From Acutalibacteraceae bacterium (GTDB taxonomy: Bacteria; Bacillota; Clostridia; Oscillospirales; Acutalibacteraceae): a stretch of 64,000 nucleotides of DNA. Within the stretch, counting starts at the first letter, position 1, and every line of letters begins with the position of its first letter. The notes under the pieces were generated by a model. It saw only the letters and a list, made by a program, of their open reading frames with translations, was not told the DNA's origin and did not search any database. Made by a program: the position numbers and the translations under genes. Location of the stretch: NCBI GenBank assembly GCA_045577395.1, contig JAZNIH010000077.1:13651-77650 (forward strand), read 5' to 3'. Below are positions 45,741-55,507 of this stretch, piece by piece.

Positions 45741-47687
45741 TTACCAGATAATCTTTGTTCTGATATCTTCTTTAATGAGCTCGATGAAGTCTGCTGCAGC
45801 CATTGAGCCTTGGTCACCGTGGCCACGCTTTCTTACTGAAACAGTACCTTCCTCAGCCTCCTTATCACCGATAACGAGCATGTAGGGAATCTTTTCAAGC
45901 TGAGCCTCACGGAGCTTGTAGCCGAGCTTTTCGCTTCTGATATCAACGTCAACGTCATCGATGCCTGCCTCGGCAAGAGCCTTCTTTACTGCATAAGCAG
46001 CATCCTGATGGCGGTCTGCGATGGGAAGAATACGTACCTTTTCGGGAGCAAGCCATACGGGGAAGGCACCAGCGTACTTCTCGATAAGAAGAGCAAGAGT
46101 TCTTTCGTAGCAACCGATTGACGTACGGTGGATGATGTAGGGGTTCTTCTTCGTTCCGTCGGGAGCAACGTATTCCATGCCGAATTTTTCAGCAAGCATC
46201 TGGTCGATCTGGATGGTGATAAGAGTATCCTCCTTGCCGTGAACGTTCTTTATCTGAATGTCGAGCTTAGGTCCGTAGAATGCGGCCTCACCGATACCGA
46301 TCTTGTAGTCAATACCGAGATTGTCGAGAATCTTATACATTACGCCCTGAGCCTCATCCCACTGCTCGGGAGTACCGATGTACTTCTCTGTATCGTTGGG
46401 GTCCCACTGTGAGAAACGGTAGGAAACGTCCTCGTAAAGACCGAGAGTTTTGAGCATAAATACGCAAAGGTCAAGACAGCCCTTGAATTCCTCCTCAAGC
46501 TGCTCGGGAGTACACATAAGATGACCCTCGGAAATAGTAAACTGACGTACACGGATAAGGCCGTGCATTTCACCTGAAGCCTCGTTTCTGAAAAGGGTTG
46601 AGGTTTCACCGAGTCTCATAGGAAGATCTCTGTATGAACGTGCTCTGTTGAGATATGCCTGATACTGGAAGGGACAGGTCATGGGACGAAGTGCAAATAC
46701 CTCGTCGTCCTTTTCCTCGTCACCTAAAACGAACATACCGTCCTTATAGTGATCCCAATGGCCTGAGATTTTATAAAGGTCGCTCTTAGCCATAAGGGGA
46801 GTCTTTGTTCTTACCCAGCCTCTCTTCTTTTCCTCGTCCTCAACAAAGCGCTGAAGAGTCTGAACAATATGAGTACCCTTGGGAAGCATAATGGGAAGAC
46901 CCTGACCGATATAGTCAACTGTTGTGAAGATTTCAAGCTCTCTGCCTAATTTGTTGTGGTCACGCTTCTTAGCCTCTTCAATTCTTGCAAGATGCTCTTC
47001 AAGGTCTGCAGCCTTTGTGAAGGCGGTACCGTAGATGCGCTGAAGCATCTTGTTCTTGCTGTCGCCTCTCCAGTATGCGCCTGTGCAGGAGGTAAGCTTG
47101 AAAGCCTTTACTCTTGATGTGTCGGGAATGTGAGGACCTGCGCAAAGCTCAAGGAATTCACCCTGACGGTAGAAGGAGATAGGCTCGCCCTTGTCGGCGT
47201 GCTCCTTAATAAGCTCAACCTTATAGATTTCGCCCTTTTCTTCCATAAGCTTGAGTGCCTCTGCAGGCTCCATTTCAACCTTTTCAAGGAAAAGACCTTC
47301 CTTGACGATTTTCTTCATTTCACCCTCGATTTTTTCGAGAATTTCGGGAGTGAAGTTTACGTCGCTGTCGAAGTCGTAGTAGAAGCCGTTGTCAACTGCA
47401 GGACCGATAGCAAGCTTTACCTCGGGGTAAAGTCTCTTTACTGCCTGAGCGAGAATGTGTGAGCAGGTATGCCAGAAGGTCTTCTTTGCCTCATCGTCGT
47501 CAAAAGTGAGAATTTCGACCTCACAGTCAGCGGTAAGAACAGTACGAAGGTCACAGATTTCTCCGTTAACCTTAGCAAGGCAGGCGGCCTTATAAAGACC
47601 TGCGCCGAGGCTCTTTGCAACGTCGATGATGCTTGAGCCGTCCTCGTATTCGCGGACAACGCCGCCCTTAAGAGTTACGTTAATCAT
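45741..47687 (-). CDS. thrS: Threonine--tRNA ligase
   Basis: N-terminal TGS domain (MINVTLKGG...), editing-domain HxxxH (HTCSHILA), class II core (FRNE, HRTSIGCYER), and an anticodon-binding C-terminus. ATG 47687 lies after AAAGGA. The ORF extension to 47735 falls in the T-box terminator. Confidence 0.95.
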   Translation of the reverse strand: MINVTLKGGVVREYEDGSSIIDVAKSLGAGLYKAACLAKVNGEICDLRTVLTADCEVEILTFDDDEAKKTFWHTCSHILAQAVKRLYPEVKLAIGPAVDNGFYYDFDSDVNFTPEILEKIEGEMKKIVKEGLFLEKVEMEPAEALKLMEEKGEIYKVELIKEHADKGEPISFYRQGEFLELCAGPHIPDTSRVKAFKLTSCTGAYWRGDSKNKMLQRIYGTAFTKAADLEEHLARIEEAKKRDHNKLGRELEIFTTVDYIGQGLPIMLPKGTHIVQTLQRFVEDEEKKRGWVRTKTPLMAKSDLYKISGHWDHYKDGMFVLGDEEKDDEVFALRPMTCPFQYQAYLNRARSYRDLPMRLGETSTLFRNEASGEMHGLIRVRQFTISEGHLMCTPEQLEEEFKGCLDLCVFMLKTLGLYEDVSYRFSQWDPNDTEKYIGTPEQWDEAQGVMYKILDNLGIDYKIGIGEAAFYGPKLDIQIKNVHGKEDTLITIQIDQMLAEKFGMEYVAPDGTKKNPYIIHRTSIGCYERTLALLIEKYAGAFPVWLAPEKVRILPIADRHQDAAYAVKKALAEAGIDDVDVDIRSEKLGYKLREAQLEKIPYMLVIGDKEAEEGTVSVRKRGHGDQGSMAAADFIELIKEDIRTKIIW

Positions 47688-47975
47688 AGTTTTTAATCCT
47701 TTCTGATTGGTATAAAAAGAAAAGCTCCATCCCACGCATTACGCACAGGATGAAGCTGAAAGCTCCACGGTTCCACCCGTATTCCGTCATAAGACGGCAC
47801 TCATAAGACTTTAACGCAGTCATACGGCGTACCTTGTTTCGGCACACACTCGGGAGTGGTAGCGGTTTTCTGAAATTTATCCGGCTCACAGCAAACACCG
47901 GACTCTCTGAAAATTTCCTTGAAAAAGGCCGTCTCCCTCAACGCTTTAAGGGATGTTGAATTTTCTTTCGTTACG
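47688..47975 (-). promoter_or_regulatory. T-box riboswitch leader, threonine-specific (specifier ACC)
   Basis: All elements read on the minus strand:
- Stem I AG bulge and distal loop CAGAGAGTCCGGTGTTTGCTGTGAGCCGG.
- Specifier ACC-A directly before the closing helix CTCCC (ACC = 47860-47858).
- Conserved T-box AATACGGGTGGAACCGTGGAGC (47783-47765 region).
- Long terminator hairpin followed by TTTTCTTTTT at about 47760-47713. Confidence 0.82.
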
Positions 47976-47980
47976 GGTTA

Positions 47981-48009
47981 TTTTATCACTATGCAGCAGG
48001 TTTGTCAAG
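47981..48009 (-). promoter_or_regulatory. Putative sigma-A promoter of the thrS leader
   Basis: Minus strand: TTGACA (48009-48004), 17-nt spacer, TAAAAT (47986-47981). Confidence 0.6.
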
Positions 48010-48024
48010 TGGGAGAAGGCTATT

Positions 48025-48447
48025 TTAATCCTCACCGAGACCTACCTTTATTCTGACTGAGTGCTTTTGCGCAAGCTCAAGAAATCTGCCTGAATTTTCA
48101 TAACCTTTATTGAAGCCGAAAACACATTTTCCGTCAACGTAAATATCAATTTTTTCCGTGTGAAAATATCTTGTGTGAGGGGAATAAACCTCGAGATAGT
48201 CAATCTGACCGTAGGTGTAGCTCTCACCCTGTATACTGAAGGTATCATCGTCAAAAAAGAAGCAGTCACCTTTAAGTCTTACTGCCTCGTAAACGACTAT
48301 ACCGACAGATACAAGTAAGGCGAAAACTGACGAGAAGGAAACGGTGTTGACAGCTGAAGTCTCATATATACTGTAAAGCATAATAAATACCGCTATTGCC
48401 GAAAAAATAAAAAGAGTAACCGGTGATCTTTTAAGCTTATATTTCAT
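48025..48447 (-). CDS. Hypothetical membrane protein (two N-terminal TM segments plus a soluble C-terminal domain)
   Basis: ORF with a GGGAGA RBS. Hydrophobic segments VTLFIFSAIAVFIMLYSIY and VFALLVSVGIVVY. No motif recognised. Confidence 0.55.
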   Translation of the reverse strand: MKYKLKRSPVTLFIFSAIAVFIMLYSIYETSAVNTVSFSSVFALLVSVGIVVYEAVRLKGDCFFFDDDTFSIQGESYTYGQIDYLEVYSPHTRYFHTEKIDIYVDGKCVFGFNKGYENSGRFLELAQKHSVRIKVGLGED

Positions 48448-48496
48448 AGTCTGTCTCCCTTCACGGTTATGATGCTATTTTACACAAAAAGAAATA

Positions 48497-48537
48497 AAAA
48501 AGCAATAAAAAGCAGTCACTTCCTGAAAAGTGACTGT
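48497..48537 (-). terminator. Rho-independent terminator of rpiB
   Basis: Minus strand: stem CAGTCACTT / AAGTGACTG followed by CTTTTTATTGCTTTTTT. Confidence 0.75.
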
Positions 48538-48544
48538 AAAAGCC

Positions 48545-48994
48545 TTATGCCTCGAATGTACCTGCCTCAATAGCCATAATCTGGTCGACTCTTCTCTGAT
48601 GTCTGCCGCCCTCGAACTCTGTATCGAGGAAAACGTCAACCATTTCAAGAGCGAGGCCTGCACCTACAACTCTGCCGCCCATACAAAGAGCGTTTGCATC
48701 GTTGTGAAGGCGTGTGAACTTTGCACTGAACCAGTCACTGCAGCAGGCGGCACGGATGCCCTTTACCTTGTTTGCAGCCATTGAAATACCGATACCTGTT
48801 CCGCAGCAGAGAACAGCCTTTTCGCATTCACCCTCTGTAACTGCCTTGCAGGTTCTGTAAGCGATTGACGCATAGTCGATTGATTCGGGTGTGTAGGTAC
48901 CGAAATCCTTATATTCAATTCCTCTTTCTTCAAGATGCTTTTTGATTTCTTCCTTTAAGAAGTATCCGCCGTGGTCTGCACCTAATGCTATCAT
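48545..48994 (-). CDS. rpiB: Ribose-5-phosphate isomerase B
   Basis: MIALGADHGG N-terminus and the CGTGIGISMAANK motif. 149 aa. Confidence 0.92.
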   Translation of the reverse strand: MIALGADHGGYFLKEEIKKHLEERGIEYKDFGTYTPESIDYASIAYRTCKAVTEGECEKAVLCCGTGIGISMAANKVKGIRAACCSDWFSAKFTRLHNDANALCMGGRVVGAGLALEMVDVFLDTEFEGGRHQRRVDQIMAIEAGTFEA

Positions 48995-49125
48995 TTCAAT
49001 TACTCCTTTATATGATCTGTTGAGATAATAATATCACAGCCTGCCTGATTTGTAAAGAGAGGCGAGGGGATTTTTCAGTATGCACCGAAAACAAACAAGC
49101 ACCCGTCGAGGTGCTTGCTCAATGC

Positions 49126-49821
49126 TTATTGATTGTCGGCTGAAGCCTTTTTTGCCTTCAGCTCACGCTCTGCCTGAGGCAGACGAAGATAGGCGGGCAT
49201 AAGCTCGCTTCCGTCAACGGCTTTGTCCCGGCTGAAATTATTCTTTGCCGCAAAGGCAACGGATGAGCCCTTCTGATATAGCACGGCGGAGGGTGCGATT
49301 TCATAGCCGAGCTTATCGTGACAGAGCCTTGCACCGTCACCGACAAAAACAATATTTTCGTAATAGGGCAGCATTTGTTCCAGCTCGTCAATTTTAATAG
49401 CCATATCCTCGGTGAGCCTTGTAATCTCGTTTCCGTCAACAAGGAAGATTCCGCAGTAAACCTGATTGCAGCGTGCATCCATAACGCTTACTGCAGTACA
49501 GCATCTGCCGAGAAGGTTGTATGCAAGAGCCTCGAGGGTGGAAACGGGAATACATTTTTTATTAAGACCGTCGGCAAGACCCTTTATCGCCGCAACACCG
49601 ATTCTTATACCCGTAAATGAGCCGGGACCTACGCTGCAGGCGAGATAGTCGATGCTCTTAAGGTCGATTTCACCGTTTTTAAGTGCGCTGTCAATCATAG
49701 GCATAAGAGTGCGGGAATGGGTAAGACCCGTGTTTATACTGCACTCTGAAAGCACCTTATCACCGTCGGTCACCGCAACTGAGGCGCAGACGGCACTTGT
49801 GTCAACTGCAAGAATTCTCAT
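49126..49821 (-). CDS. tsaB: tRNA t6A37 threonylcarbamoyl-transfer protein TsaB
   Basis: MRILAVDTS N-terminus and the GPGSFTGIRIGV motif. Overlaps tsaE by 1 nt. Confidence 0.9.
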   Translation of the reverse strand: MRILAVDTSAVCASVAVTDGDKVLSECSINTGLTHSRTLMPMIDSALKNGEIDLKSIDYLACSVGPGSFTGIRIGVAAIKGLADGLNKKCIPVSTLEALAYNLLGRCCTAVSVMDARCNQVYCGIFLVDGNEITRLTEDMAIKIDELEQMLPYYENIVFVGDGARLCHDKLGYEIAPSAVLYQKGSSVAFAAKNNFSRDKAVDGSELMPAYLRLPQAERELKAKKASADNQ

Positions 49822-50246
49822 TATATATCCAATCCTTCAACTGTTATAGTTCTTTTGTTTTCGTCGTCACATTTTTCTATAGTGACCCTTACGGTACCCT
49901 CGGGCAGAGCGTTTTCGATGTTTTCGCTCCATTCCACCGCAAGCACGGCGCCCATGTCAAGATAATCGAAAAAGCCGCTTGAATAAAGGTCGTCCCAGGT
50001 TTCAACCTTATACATATCAAAGTGTACAAGCGGGGGATTTCCGCCGTAATCGTTGACAATGGCAAAGGTGGGGCTTGAAACGTCTGAGGTTATACCCATA
50101 CCTCTTGCGAGACCCCGTGTGAAGGAGGTTTTACCTGCACCGAGACCGCCGAAAAATGCGATTACCGTACCCGGAGCGACCCTTCTGCCTATATTTTCGG
50201 CAAAGGCTTCTGTTTCTTCCCTGCTGTTTGAAATAAAGCTTGTCAC
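49821..50246 (-). CDS. tsaE: tRNA t6A37 biosynthesis ATPase TsaE
   Basis: P-loop GGLGAGKTSFTRGLA and SPTF and HFDMYK motifs. GTG start after AAAGGAGG. Confidence 0.9.
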   Translation of the reverse strand: MTSFISNSREETEAFAENIGRRVAPGTVIAFFGGLGAGKTSFTRGLARGMGITSDVSSPTFAIVNDYGGNPPLVHFDMYKVETWDDLYSSGFFDYLDMGAVLAVEWSENIENALPEGTVRVTIEKCDDENKRTITVEGLDI

Positions 50247-50361
50247 GGTATTACCTCCTTTAAAAGTTATGTGGATATTTTACCATAAAATATTTATAAG
50301 TCAACAGTTGAAGAAGCCAATGTATAAAATACTCTTGAAAAAAGACGGCATTCATTATATA

Positions 50362-51564
50362 ATGATAGAAACTGTCGGACAAGGATGTGATTATTTGCTT
50401 TTGAAAAATCTGAAAAAAGCTTTCAGACAGACAGATTTTATACTTCTTTTTATTACTCTTGCTCTTTCAGCCTTCGGAACTCTTATGGTTTCGAGTGCAA
50501 CATATACCGCAGAAAGCACCTCATATTTTTCACGTGACGCCAAGGTTATGATTCTTGCGCTTGTTCTCGGACTGTGTATAGCGACGGTGATTTCGTTTAT
50601 CGATTACGATATAATTCTTAAGCTTGCGCCCTTTGTCGCATTGGGCTGTGTGGGTGCGATGCTGTTGCTTTTCAAGTTCGGTGTTTCTCCCGAGGGTAGA
50701 AGCGATGCTATTTCATGGATTAAGCTCGGCAGCCTTTATTTTCAGCCCTCTGAGGTTGTAAAAATAGGCTTCATTATTACCTTTGCATGGCATCTGAGCA
50801 AGGTGAAAAACAATATTTCCGACATAAAGAACGTTGTTTTTCTGTGTATCCATGCAGGTATTCCCATTATGCTTGTTGTTGCAACGGGTGATATGGGCTC
50901 GGCACTTATCTTTATGATGATGTTTGTCGGTATGATGTATATTGCAGGTGTCCATTGGCTGTATTTTCCTGCGGCAGGTCTTGCGGTTGTTGCGGCGGCA
51001 CCCTTTATATGGTATAAGGTTTTTGACGATATTCAGCGTAACCGTATACTCGCCCTTTTTGACCCCGAATCCTATACTACGGAAATCTATCAGCAGAATC
51101 AGGCTCTCAAGGCAATGAAAAACGGCGGCTTCTCGGGAATGGGACTGTTTCAGGGCGAGCTCAGTCACAGCAGATTTCTTCCCGAAAAGGAAAACGATAT
51201 GATTTTTTCCGTTATCTGTGAGGAGGCGGGCTTTATCGGTGCGGTTATACTGTTTTTACTTTTCCTTTTCCTTGCTTACAGAATAATTGCGGTCGGTAAG
51301 CGCAGTAAAAACTTTGCGGCGGAGCTTATGTGCTACGGTGTAGCGTTTATGATTGTAAGTCAGGCGGTCGTTAACATCGGTATGTGTACAAGGCTTCTTC
51401 CGGTTATCGGTATTACTCTTCCCTTTATCAGTGCGGGCGGCTCGTCGACGGTGTGTCTTTATCTTGCTATGGGTCTTGTGCTGAGCGTATACCGCTCGTC
51501 GGGCGGTCTCGGTTATGAAAACGACTACCGCTTTGCAAGAATTGCAAGGGAATACGGCAATTAA
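50362..51564 (+). CDS. FtsW/RodA/SpoVE-family peptidoglycan glycosyltransferase
   Basis: About 10 TM segments. SEDS motifs (QPSEVVKI, DMGSALIF, PEKENDMIFSVICEEAGFIG, LPFISAGGSS). The start is uncertain: ATG 50362, ATG 50320, or the downstream TTG. The ORF track extension to 50053 is antisense to tsaE. Confidence 0.86.
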   Translation: MIETVGQGCDYLLLKNLKKAFRQTDFILLFITLALSAFGTLMVSSATYTAESTSYFSRDAKVMILALVLGLCIATVISFIDYDIILKLAPFVALGCVGAMLLLFKFGVSPEGRSDAISWIKLGSLYFQPSEVVKIGFIITFAWHLSKVKNNISDIKNVVFLCIHAGIPIMLVVATGDMGSALIFMMMFVGMMYIAGVHWLYFPAAGLAVVAAAPFIWYKVFDDIQRNRILALFDPESYTTEIYQQNQALKAMKNGGFSGMGLFQGELSHSRFLPEKENDMIFSVICEEAGFIGAVILFLLFLFLAYRIIAVGKRSKNFAAELMCYGVAFMIVSQAVVNIGMCTRLLPVIGITLPFISAGGSSTVCLYLAMGLVLSVYRSSGGLGYENDYRFARIAREYGN

Positions 51565-51738
51565 GCAATCTGAAAAAATATATATGAAATTACGGGGAGG
51601 GACTGTGTGCCCTCCCTGATGCTTTGTTTCATGCTTTCCTGCGGTGCAAAACACAAACCGAAAAAGTGTATCAAAACTATCTGCAATATTCTTTTATGAA
51701 GCATTACGGCGCATATTTTACATTTTATTCACATTCAA

Positions 51739-51767
51739 TTGACAAACTCAGAAAAAGTTGATATTAT
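51739..51767 (+). promoter_or_regulatory. Putative sigma-A promoter of the GH3 gene
   Basis: TTGACA (51739-51744), 17-nt spacer, TATTAT (51762-51767). Confidence 0.55.
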
Positions 51768-51808
51768 ATTACGGATAATAAATATTTAAAAGAAAAGAGG
51801 TAATTCCT

Positions 51809-53479
51809 ATGGCAATGTCAGATATCGGTGTATTGCTCGGTAACTCCGTCCTCAAGGGCGTTAACCACTTTACATCAATCCCCGTAGAGACTCAGGAAAA
51901 AATCCTTCTTCAGATTATGGAAGAAAACAAGAACACAGAGTACGGTAAGAAAATCGGCTTTGATAAGGTTCATTCTGTAGAGGATTTCCAGAAAATTGTA
52001 CCCCTTTCAACATACGAAACCTATGACGGATACATCGAGCGTATGCTTGACGGTGAAGAAAACCTTATGATGGCAAGAAAGTGCAAGCGCTACTGTACGT
52101 CATCAGGCTCAGTAGGTAAGCCCAAGGTGCTTCCCAAGTCAGGCAAGGACCTCTGGAATATGCAGTGTATGGGCTTTGCCGCTACACCTGCCTGCGCAAA
52201 GAAATGGTTCGGTGAAAGAGGAGTAAAGTTCCCCAAGCAGATCGGTCCCGTTGCGCTTATCCTTACAGGTCATAAGATGAGAGACGGCAAAATGGGTAAC
52301 GGTGCAGGTCAGGTTCCCTTCACCTATCTTAAGCCCATTTCAAAGTTCTTTATGACAACTCCCAACGATTTTATGTATCCTGAAAATGAGGATGCTGTAA
52401 ACTCAACATATTTCCACCTTCGCTTTGCACTTGAAAACCGTGACGTTTCCTTCCTCGGCTCAATGGTTGTAACTCTTCTTACGTCAATGTTTGACTATTT
52501 TGAAAACAACTGGGAGCTTGTATGTAAGGATATCGAAATGGGTACAATCGATCCCTCAATCAAGTGCCCCGACGACCTTCGCAAGAAATGGGAAAAGAAG
52601 TTCAAGCCCAACCCCAAGAGAGCTGCTGAAATCCGCAGAGAATGTGAAAAGGGCTTTGATGAGCCTATCGCTAAGAGAATATGGCCCAAGTTCACATGGT
52701 CATACGGTATGGTCGGCTCAACTCTTGAGTTCTATGTAACAAAGCTCAGAAGATATATCGGTGATGCTCCCATCCACAATATGGGTTATGCTGCTGCAGA
52801 AGGCTATATGGCTATGCCTGTTGAGCTTGACGTTAACGACTACGTGCTTCTTCCCCGTTCAATTTTCTTCGAGTTCATCCCCGTTGACGATCCCGAATGT
52901 GAGAGACCTCTCACTATCGGTGAGGTTGAAGTAGGCAAGGAATATGAGCTTGTTGTTACTAACTTCTCAGGTCTTTACCGTTATCAGATCGAAGACGTTG
53001 TACGTGTTACAGGCTACTTTAACAAGACTCCCAAGGTTGAGTTCCTTTACAGAAACAATCTTGCAATGAACGTTGCCAACGAAAAGACAACCACACAGAT
53101 GGTTGACTGGGCAGCAGCAAAGGTTCAGGAGGAGCTCGGTATTTCCTTCACAGGCTACAGCTTCTATTCAGATAACGTTTCCGAGCCCGTACGCTACGTT
53201 ATGTTTGCAGAGCCCGAGTCAGATATCTCAAAGGATATGATTCCTGCTATCGAGGAAAGCCTTGACAAGTGGCTCAGCGAAAGTAATGAGAAGTATCATA
53301 AGTACCGCCGTTGGGGTATGCTCGGCGCAGCAAAGGTTAACCTTCTCAAGAAGAATTCCTATGCAGATTACAGAGAGATGCTCAAGAAGCAGGGCAAGGT
53401 ACTCAATCAGGTCAAGCCTGTTACCGTTATCAACACAGAGGAAAGAAAGGACTTCTTCTTCTCACACATCGACGAATAA
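51809..53479 (+). CDS. GH3-family (JAR1/auxin-amido-synthetase-like) adenylate-forming enzyme
   Basis: About 556 aa. Early ATP/AMP motif YCTSSGSVGKPKVLP corresponds to plant GH3 SSGTSxGxxKxxP. YRYQIEDVVRV matches the GH3 YRxGD-type motif. Confidence 0.8.
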   Translation: MAMSDIGVLLGNSVLKGVNHFTSIPVETQEKILLQIMEENKNTEYGKKIGFDKVHSVEDFQKIVPLSTYETYDGYIERMLDGEENLMMARKCKRYCTSSGSVGKPKVLPKSGKDLWNMQCMGFAATPACAKKWFGERGVKFPKQIGPVALILTGHKMRDGKMGNGAGQVPFTYLKPISKFFMTTPNDFMYPENEDAVNSTYFHLRFALENRDVSFLGSMVVTLLTSMFDYFENNWELVCKDIEMGTIDPSIKCPDDLRKKWEKKFKPNPKRAAEIRRECEKGFDEPIAKRIWPKFTWSYGMVGSTLEFYVTKLRRYIGDAPIHNMGYAAAEGYMAMPVELDVNDYVLLPRSIFFEFIPVDDPECERPLTIGEVEVGKEYELVVTNFSGLYRYQIEDVVRVTGYFNKTPKVEFLYRNNLAMNVANEKTTTQMVDWAAAKVQEELGISFTGYSFYSDNVSEPVRYVMFAEPESDISKDMIPAIEESLDKWLSESNEKYHKYRRWGMLGAAKVNLLKKNSYADYREMLKKQGKVLNQVKPVTVINTEERKDFFFSHIDE

Positions 53480-53488
53480 GCAAAGTTT

Positions 53489-53523
53489 AAGAGGCTATCG
53501 ATTGATAGCCTCTTGTGTTTTTT
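53489..53523. terminator. Bidirectional terminator between the GH3 gene and the ABC exporter operon
   Basis: 11-bp stem AAGAGGCTATC / GATAGCCTCTT with a GATT loop, followed by GTGTTTTTT. Confidence 0.8.
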
Positions 53524-55507
53524 ATTCAAGCTCAAATGCACCCGTGTAAAGCTGATAGTATTTGCCTTTCTTTGCTATCAGGTCATCGTGGCTGCCGCGT
53601 TCAATGATAACGCCCTTTTCAAGCACCATAATAACGTCGGAATTCATAACCGTTGAAAGTCTGTGTGCGATAACAAAAACCGTTCTGCCCTTCATAAGAG
53701 CATCCATACCCTTCTGGACGAGGGCCTCTGTTCTGGTGTCGATTGATGAGGTTGCTTCGTCAAGAATCATAACCGGCGGGTCTGCAACGGCGGCTCTTGC
53801 GATTGAAATAAGCTGACGCTGACCCTGTGAAAGGTTTGCGCCGTTATTTGTCAGAAGCGTATCGTAGCCCTGAGGCAGTCTAGAAATAAAGGAGTGAGCA
53901 TTGGCAAGCTTTGCCGCATCGATAATCTGCTCGTCTGTTGCATCAAGGTTGCCGTAACGGATGTTTTCCATAACAGTACCTGTGAAAAGGTTCGTATCCT
54001 GCAAAACTATACCCAGGGAGCGGCGAAGGTCGCTCTTTCTGATTTTGTTGATATTTATGCCGTCATAGCGTATTTTACCGTCGGCGATATCGTAGAAGCG
54101 GTTGATAAGGTTTGTGATTGTGGTTTTACCTGCACCCGTTGCGCCTACAAAGGCAACCTTCTGACCCGGCTCGGCATAAAGTGAAATGTTGTGAAGAACT
54201 ATTTTTTCCTCGTTATAGCCGAAGTCAACATCATAAAAGCGAACCTCACCCTCAAGCTTTGTATAGGTGGTTGTGCCGTCCTCGTGGGGGTGCTTCCACG
54301 CCCAGAGACCTGTGTGTCTGTCGGCTTCGGTGATGCTTCCGTCATCGGCATATTCAGCGTTGACGAGCGTTACGTAGCCCTCGTCAAGCTCGCTCTTTTC
54401 ATCCATAAGGTCAAAGATTCGTCTTGCGCCTGCCATAGCCATAACAACGGAGTTCATCTGCTGTGAAATCTGATTTACGGGCATAGTGAAGGATCTTGAA
54501 AGCTGAAGAAACTTTGCGACAGTACCTGCAGTAACGGCGAAGATGCTCATAAAGCCCGTCTTCGGGAACGCGCCCGAGGCGGTGAGAACTGCAAGGAAGC
54601 AGCCGATGATTGCAAGAATAACGTACTGAAGATGTCCGAGATTATTATTGACGGGACCGACGATGTTGACGAACTTATTGGCTGAGTAGGCATTGCTGAA
54701 AAGCTCGTCATTTTTTTCGTCAAACTCTTCCTTTGTTTTGCTTTCTCTGCAGAATACCTTGACAACCTTCTGACCTGTAATCATTTCCTCGATATAGCCG
54801 TTGAGACTGCCTAAGGTTTCCTGCTGTCTGATGAAAAACTTACCGCTCTTTGAGGCGATTTTTCCTGTTAAAAAGAGCATAAAGAAGATGCAGACAACCA
54901 CCACAACGGTAAGAGGAATGCTTGAAGCGACCATAGCCGTAAAGGTGGAAATAATTGTAACCGCCGAGGAAATTACCTGAGGTATAGTCATGGAAATCAT
55001 CTGACGCAGAGTGTCAATGTCGTTGGTGTAACGGCTCATTACGTCACCGTGGCTGTTGGAGTCAAAATATCTGACGGGAAGGGTCTGCATGTGGGTGAAC
55101 ATATCGTCTCTGACGGTTTTGAGTACACCCTGAGCCACGACTACCATAATTCTGTTATATATGAAGGTGGAAAGTATACCTGCGGCAAATATCAGAGCCA
55201 TTCTGATAAGCATTAAAAGAAGCTCTGTGAAGTCCTTACTGCCGTTTTCAAGCATCGGTGTGATGTGATTGTCAATAAGGTCGCCGAGAAAAACTGACGA
55301 AAAAACGTTGGCTATGCTCGAAATAAAAATACACAGAACAACAAGCACAAGAAGTATTTTTTCCTTGGTGCCGAGGTAGGAGAGGACTCTTTTTATAACC
55401 TTGGGGTCGAGCTTTGCGCCTTCAATTTTCATCGGCACTCCGCCGTGTCGGTTGGGAGGCATTTTAGGGGGCATCTTCGGAGGGGTGCTTCTTTTTGAAT
55501 CAGTCAT
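53522..55507 (-). CDS. ABC exporter, fused permease/ATPase (heterodimer subunit, multidrug/lipid type)
   Basis: 6-TM domain followed by an NBD with GATGAGKTT, LSQGQRQL and ILDEATS. Pro/Lys-rich N-terminal extension. Overlaps the partner gene by 8 nt. Confidence 0.9.
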   Translation of the reverse strand: MTDSKRSTPPKMPPKMPPNRHGGVPMKIEGAKLDPKVIKRVLSYLGTKEKILLVLVVLCIFISSIANVFSSVFLGDLIDNHITPMLENGSKDFTELLLMLIRMALIFAAGILSTFIYNRIMVVVAQGVLKTVRDDMFTHMQTLPVRYFDSNSHGDVMSRYTNDIDTLRQMISMTIPQVISSAVTIISTFTAMVASSIPLTVVVVVCIFFMLFLTGKIASKSGKFFIRQQETLGSLNGYIEEMITGQKVVKVFCRESKTKEEFDEKNDELFSNAYSANKFVNIVGPVNNNLGHLQYVILAIIGCFLAVLTASGAFPKTGFMSIFAVTAGTVAKFLQLSRSFTMPVNQISQQMNSVVMAMAGARRIFDLMDEKSELDEGYVTLVNAEYADDGSITEADRHTGLWAWKHPHEDGTTTYTKLEGEVRFYDVDFGYNEEKIVLHNISLYAEPGQKVAFVGATGAGKTTITNLINRFYDIADGKIRYDGININKIRKSDLRRSLGIVLQDTNLFTGTVMENIRYGNLDATDEQIIDAAKLANAHSFISRLPQGYDTLLTNNGANLSQGQRQLISIARAAVADPPVMILDEATSSIDTRTEALVQKGMDALMKGRTVFVIAHRLSTVMNSDVIMVLEKGVIIERGSHDDLIAKKGKYYQLYTGAFELE

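Noticed and set aside
47680-47898. 72-aa minus-strand ORF, and the MGWSFSFYTNQKGLKT extension of thrS
   Set aside because: Both lie inside the T-box leader and terminator, so they are RNA structure rather than coding sequence.
50053-50361. N-terminal extension of about 100 aa on the FtsW/RodA ORF in the ORF track
   Set aside because: The extension is antisense to tsaE and crosses the intergenic region. SEDS homology starts after about 50362.
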